IMG/VR virus record: IMGVR_UViG_3300008448_011250 | Coordinates: 1-64,000 of that record | Source: a virus | Length of the DNA: 64,000 nucleotides | Direction: 5' to 3' (one strand) | Shown: positions 59,742 to 64,000 of the stretch, piece after piece | Position numbering within the stretch: position 1 is the first letter of the stretch | Layout of the letters: every line of letters begins with the position of its first letter | The notes under the pieces: model-generated | What the model was told of the DNA's origin: nothing | Seen by the model: the letters and a program-made list of their open reading frames with translations, nothing else | The model's database searches: none | Translations under genes and position numbers: made by a program

Positions 59742-60370
59742 AATTTTTAAATTTTAATAGAGTATTATGTTTAAGTCCACATCCGGATGATACTGAATAT
59801 AGTATGGCGGGAGTTGTTTTAAAACATCAAGATACGCGCTTTGACATATTATGTATGACACAAGGAGGAGATTGCGATTTAACATCAGGAACAGGTCGTA
59901 TTCAAGAAGTACGTAATGCATGGTCTGCATCTAAAGCAAAAAATTATACATTGTTTTTCAGTGATGTTAAATATCTTAAAGAACGTGCAACTGACGAATG
60001 GATAAATTACATAGAAACCAATTTCACTAAAAACTTCGAATATGATTGTATTATGACTACTTCACAATGTGACAGTCATTTTGAACATGTTATAGTTTCT
60101 TCATTAGCAGCACCATTGGCACGAGTTAAACCATACAGTATCATTCAATATAAGTCGCCATCGACACTAGATAAATGGACTCCAAATTTATTTGTTTCTT
60201 TGGGAGATTTTTATTATATTAAGAAAAAGATGCTACAAGAGTTTAAGTCACAAACACATCATGAGTATTTTGGAGATTTTGTACTCGATGGTTTTCATAG
60301 TAATTTTCAATGTATGAAAAAAGGACAAGGATTTGTAGAATCATATAAAATAGTTACCATATATGAATAA
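59738..60370 (+). CDS. PIG-L/LmbE-family de-N-acetylase
   Basis: SPHPDD.E and DSH.EH metal motifs; K...L..F.SQ. Confidence 0.88.
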   Translation: MKFLNFNRVLCLSPHPDDTEYSMAGVVLKHQDTRFDILCMTQGGDCDLTSGTGRIQEVRNAWSASKAKNYTLFFSDVKYLKERATDEWINYIETNFTKNFEYDCIMTTSQCDSHFEHVIVSSLAAPLARVKPYSIIQYKSPSTLDKWTPNLFVSLGDFYYIKKKMLQEFKSQTHHEYFGDFVLDGFHSNFQCMKKGQGFVESYKIVTIYE

Positions 60371-61142
60371 AATAGTATTGTATTGTAAATCATATGATAA
60401 AGATGTTCATCGTGCAAAAACGCTTTTGAATAGCATCATTCAATACAATACGGATAACATTCCTTTTTATATTTCCGTTCCAGAAAAAGATATTGAACTA
60501 TTTAAAACTGTTTTAGGAACTGAAAATTACGTATTGATAACAGATGAATCAATTGATGCTGATAATGAAGGATGGAAAGGTCAACAAATCGTAAAGAGTC
60601 AATTTTGGAAATTAGGCCTTTGTGAAAATTATGTATGTGTTGATTCTGATTGTTTTTTTATCAAGCCCTTTAGCATTAAAGATTTCATGTTTAATGATGA
60701 AACGCCATATACCATATGTCATGAATATAAATCATTCTTTGAATTTTTAGATAAGCATCCATTAGGTTTTGATCCATATGAATCATTTCTTAAAGAACGT
60801 TTGCATATCATGGAATTATTTGGTAGGGAAGGAGTTGTATATGATTTTGGCCCAGGTCCAACTATATGGTCTTCAACGGTATGGCAAAGTTTGGAAGAAA
60901 ATTATATTCAACCAAACGGACTTAAGTTTAGCGATCTAATACAAGCAAATGGATCTGAATTTACATGGTATGGTGAATGGTTATTACGTAGCCAGGTAAT
61001 TAGATTAATACCGAAAGGTCCACTATTTAAAAACTATCATTATCCAAATCAATTTGAATATGACAAACATTATGGGTATGATCTAGAAAGAATATCAAAA
61101 CTATACTTAGGAATAGGTATGCAATCAATTTATGAATTTTAA
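60363..61142 (+). CDS. Putative nucleotide-sugar transferase-like protein (DUF6492-like)
   Basis: GW..QQIVK, VDSD.FF DxD motif, EF..YG. Confidence 0.6.
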   Translation: MNKIVLYCKSYDKDVHRAKTLLNSIIQYNTDNIPFYISVPEKDIELFKTVLGTENYVLITDESIDADNEGWKGQQIVKSQFWKLGLCENYVCVDSDCFFIKPFSIKDFMFNDETPYTICHEYKSFFEFLDKHPLGFDPYESFLKERLHIMELFGREGVVYDFGPGPTIWSSTVWQSLEENYIQPNGLKFSDLIQANGSEFTWYGEWLLRSQVIRLIPKGPLFKNYHYPNQFEYDKHYGYDLERISKLYLGIGMQSIYEF

Positions 61143-61773
61143 TGAAAAGTATAATATGAAAAAAAGTTTAGAAGAAATTAGTAAAAATTATCGTTCAGAC
61201 AAAGGATCTGTATATCATAACTATCTAGAAATTTATGAAAAATATTTTTCTAAATATCAAAATAAATTGAAAACTTTCTTAGAAATTGGATTATGGGAAG
61301 GCGAAAGTATTCGAATGTGGAGAGAGTATTTTACAACAGGTAATTTAGTCGGTGCAGATATTTTAGATTTATCTCATATAAAATTACCAAATACTAGTTT
61401 TCATGTTTGCGATCAGTCTGACAGACAACAATTGGAAGAACTAGTTCAAAAAACATACAACCAGTTTGATATTATAATCGACGATGGAGGACATATGATG
61501 CATCAACAACAAATTACACTAGGAACAATGTTTAAATATTTGAAACCAGGCGGCGTTTTTGTTATTGAAGATTTACACACATCAGGAAACCCAGCATATA
61601 CACGCCCGGGCGACACAGATACGTTAGAAATGTTGCATCATTATAATAATACAAAACAATTTGTAAGTAATTGTATGTTACCGGAAGAAATACGTTATCT
61701 AAATGAAAATATCAAAGAATTAAATATTGAATCAGGAAACGTTTCGCCAATTGCCTTTATTATTAAAAAATGA
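61132..61773 (+). CDS. Class I SAM-dependent (sugar O-)methyltransferase
   Basis: SDK...H.Y...YE.YF, LEIG, DQS.R, IIDDGGH, GG.FVIEDL. Confidence 0.88.
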   Translation: MNFNEKYNMKKSLEEISKNYRSDKGSVYHNYLEIYEKYFSKYQNKLKTFLEIGLWEGESIRMWREYFTTGNLVGADILDLSHIKLPNTSFHVCDQSDRQQLEELVQKTYNQFDIIIDDGGHMMHQQQITLGTMFKYLKPGGVFVIEDLHTSGNPAYTRPGDTDTLEMLHHYNNTKQFVSNCMLPEEIRYLNENIKELNIESGNVSPIAFIIKK

Positions 61774-62615
61774 AAAGTTGTATAATCTTTGCATGTACAA
61801 TCATTTCAGAATCTAGATTAATAGTTTTACATAGATTTTTAGAAACATTTAAACTACATTTTTCTGATTGTGATATTTTTATTGGAATCAATCCAAATAG
61901 TTTACAACATGTTGAGGAAATTATCGATTCATATGATTTAAATGTATTATCAATGCAACGATGTTCAGAAGAATTGTATTCATTCAGTGATGCATCTGCA
62001 TACCAAATAGCATTAAAACAATTATATCAATCTAAAAATGAATATGAGAATTATTGGTTTGTTCATACCAAAAGCGGTGTTAATGAACATAGTAACTATT
62101 TACGAGAATGGTATATTGGTAACTTTTTAGCAAAACGTAATTCAATAGAATCATTTATACAATCTTCACCGGGCGTCGGGTCGTATGGAATGTTAGGATT
62201 AGAATTTGATAAATCTAGAAACTACTCCGAAACTGATTGTGAAATTGACTTGTTTAAAAACGTAATAACATCGGAATTACCTTGCACTCACGCAAACTTT
62301 TTTTATATACATACGCTTTATGTAATTAATAAAAAACCAATGCAAAATTTTCTAAAATTGATATCAAATACGTGGTTCGATATAAAATTAGATCGTTATT
62401 ATTTCGAAGGAGTGTTTCCATTCATCGTTTCCAGATCTGGATACTTTCCGTATTTAGAAAATCGCTACAGTTGTTCATTTATTGACTTACAACCATATAT
62501 TGAACAATGGATTTCAGAAAATAATTTGGAAATATTCAAAAATTATACTAATATATTTAAAACGGATTTTACATTCGAACAACTTTATCCACCATATGTT
62601 AATAGCAACACTTAA
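61770..62615 (+). CDS. Hypothetical glycan-related protein
   Basis: DAS.YQ.AL, FVHTK.G motif, RYYFE; embedded in the glycan cluster. Confidence 0.5.
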   Translation: MKSCIIFACTIISESRLIVLHRFLETFKLHFSDCDIFIGINPNSLQHVEEIIDSYDLNVLSMQRCSEELYSFSDASAYQIALKQLYQSKNEYENYWFVHTKSGVNEHSNYLREWYIGNFLAKRNSIESFIQSSPGVGSYGMLGLEFDKSRNYSETDCEIDLFKNVITSELPCTHANFFYIHTLYVINKKPMQNFLKLISNTWFDIKLDRYYFEGVFPFIVSRSGYFPYLENRYSCSFIDLQPYIEQWISENNLEIFKNYTNIFKTDFTFEQLYPPYVNSNT

Positions 62616-63318
62616 TCATAATCTTCCTGATTGGACAGATAATTTAGTTAATCAATTACAACGAGATCCACTATTTGCAGACTGCGAATTGATGGTATTA
62701 GATAACGGCTCATCAGAGCCTTTGGCAAATACAACAACACATCGCTTAGAAGAAAATGTATACTTCGGCGGAGGCTTCAATGTAGTACTTGATTATTTTT
62801 TACAAACAAAACATGAATACTTATATTTTCTAAACAATGATTTAGTATTCCACGGTCCTGCATTTTTAACTACATCATTACGAGAAGCACGAGAATCAGA
62901 TGCAGCAGTATATTCTGCAACTGTTATTAATGCATCAGTAGAACAATGTCATTGGCGACAAATGTGGAATTGGGGAACGGGTTTACGAGAAGTACGTTGG
63001 ATAGATTTTCAAGCTCCATTGATACGTAGAGACATTTTAGAACATATACAGCAATTTCCTGCAGAATTGATACATGGGTGGGGTTTAGATTTTTATGCTG
63101 GATGTGTTGCAGAATCATTAGGATTAAAAACCATAGTTTCAGATACCAATACAATTACACATATGAATTCATTGACTTTCAAGGAAAATAAAATTAATAT
63201 AGGAGTATCTGAATTTTGTCAACGGGCAGAACTTGGAATGTACAATTATTTTTCTAATTCTATATATAAAGATTTATACTTTGAATTGAGAAGTTACGGA
63301 GAAAATTACACAATATGA
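62596..63318 (+). CDS. Glycosyltransferase family 2 (start corrected from 62482)
   Basis: LNHN, VLDNGS, N.YFGGG.N, FLNND, GWG.D. Confidence 0.82.
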   Translation: MLIATLNHNLPDWTDNLVNQLQRDPLFADCELMVLDNGSSEPLANTTTHRLEENVYFGGGFNVVLDYFLQTKHEYLYFLNNDLVFHGPAFLTTSLREARESDAAVYSATVINASVEQCHWRQMWNWGTGLREVRWIDFQAPLIRRDILEHIQQFPAELIHGWGLDFYAGCVAESLGLKTIVSDTNTITHMNSLTFKENKINIGVSEFCQRAELGMYNYFSNSIYKDLYFELRSYGENYTI

Positions 63319-64000
63319 TTCAACTAAAAGGAACAAAAATAGTAGAAGTTCCATACTTTGCAGATCAATTAACTGATAATACAAAATCAGTACTAATAAT
63401 TGGAGAATGTCAAGGGGGGCATGAAGGAGTTTCAGAAACTATTCATGAAAAGGGTTTTTTAAACGTAGCTACTACGGATATTATGCCATCACTACCAGAA
63501 TATTGGTTAAGACAAAATACAGAATGGGAACATATACAATGTGACTTTATTGAGTTTGATGAATCAAACAAATATGATTTTGTAATTTCAATATCAGTAT
63601 TTGAACACTTCGGATTTTGGTTTGCTGGTAATCGTATGGCAAACGGATTAGTAGAAGATGATACATGTAGGTGGAATCACGATATATTAGGAATCAATAA
63701 AGCATGTAAACTTCTTAAAGATGCAAATTCAAAACTTATAATTACATTGCCAGCTGGGCCATATATGAATTATGAAGAATCTGGAGAACCATTTTTACGG
63801 TATTATGATTATCGTAGGCAGAATTTAATTAAACAAGAATTGCAAAGAAATGGATATTATGTTTCAAATGAAAAGTTCTTTTATTCCGCAGATTTCAATA
63901 CATGGGAAGAAATGTCTGCAGAAATAAATGATCCAAAATTTTATTCACATTATAATTTATATACACCTAATGTAATTTGGGGAGTAACAATTCAACAAAT
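63315..64000 (+). CDS. SAM-dependent methyltransferase-like protein, 3'-truncated by window edge (not in ORF track)
   Basis: ATG at 63315, open to the end: VEVPY...VLIIG...D...DF....YDFVISISVFEHFG...D...LLK....LIITLP.G. Confidence 0.75.
   Translation, partial: MIQLKGTKIVEVPYFADQLTDNTKSVLIIGECQGGHEGVSETIHEKGFLNVATTDIMPSLPEYWLRQNTEWEHIQCDFIEFDESNKYDFVISISVFEHFGFWFAGNRMANGLVEDDTCRWNHDILGINKACKLLKDANSKLIITLPAGPYMNYEESGEPFLRYYDYRRQNLIKQELQRNGYYVSNEKFFYSADFNTWEEMSAEINDPKFYSHYNLYTPNVIWGVTIQQ

Noticed and set aside
62482-62595. Upstream extension of the last complete GT2
   Set aside because: Overlaps the previous gene by more than 100 nt; the GT-A fold begins at Met 62596.
1-64000. Stop-codon reassignment, introns/inteins, tRNA genes
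   Set aside because: Core genes are full length in the standard code and use TAA, TAG and TGA as stops. PolB, RNR, helicase and RecA show no large insertions. Intergenic gaps are short and no cloverleaf was recognised by eye.

Overview
64 kb segment of a large, AT-rich tailed phage with a contractile tail and T4-like core genes. All credible genes are on the + strand and use the standard genetic code. Order: scaffold C-terminus, gp23-type major capsid, PhoH, neck proteins, a long S/T/G-rich fibre, four tandem paralogous beta-solenoid-like proteins, sheath, tube, a probably frameshifted tail chaperone pair, tape measure and baseplate (1-27 kb). Then replication and nucleotide metabolism: a compact family-A polymerase, gp32-like SSB, RecA/UvsX, 5'-3' exonuclease, DnaB-like helicase, class II RNR, family-B polymerase, clamp and clamp loader, dUTPase and a Cas4-like nuclease. 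A split 7-deazaguanine pathway is interleaved (folE-queD-queE, then hypothetical + DpdL-like + glycosyltransferase + DpdA/TGT-like). A >11 kb glycan-synthesis cluster runs off the end. Main hypotheses: (1) a virion glycosylation system, pairing pervasive [ST][GA]S motifs in structural proteins with late-promoter-driven glycosyltransferases that share an LPKLQK peptide; (2) a possibly glycosylated, sliding-clamp-coupled deazaguanine DNA modification; (3) a shared capsid-targeting leader on dispersed late genes; (4) two promoter classes, one apparently making leaderless mRNAs. All functional calls come from motif recognition by eye; no searches were run.
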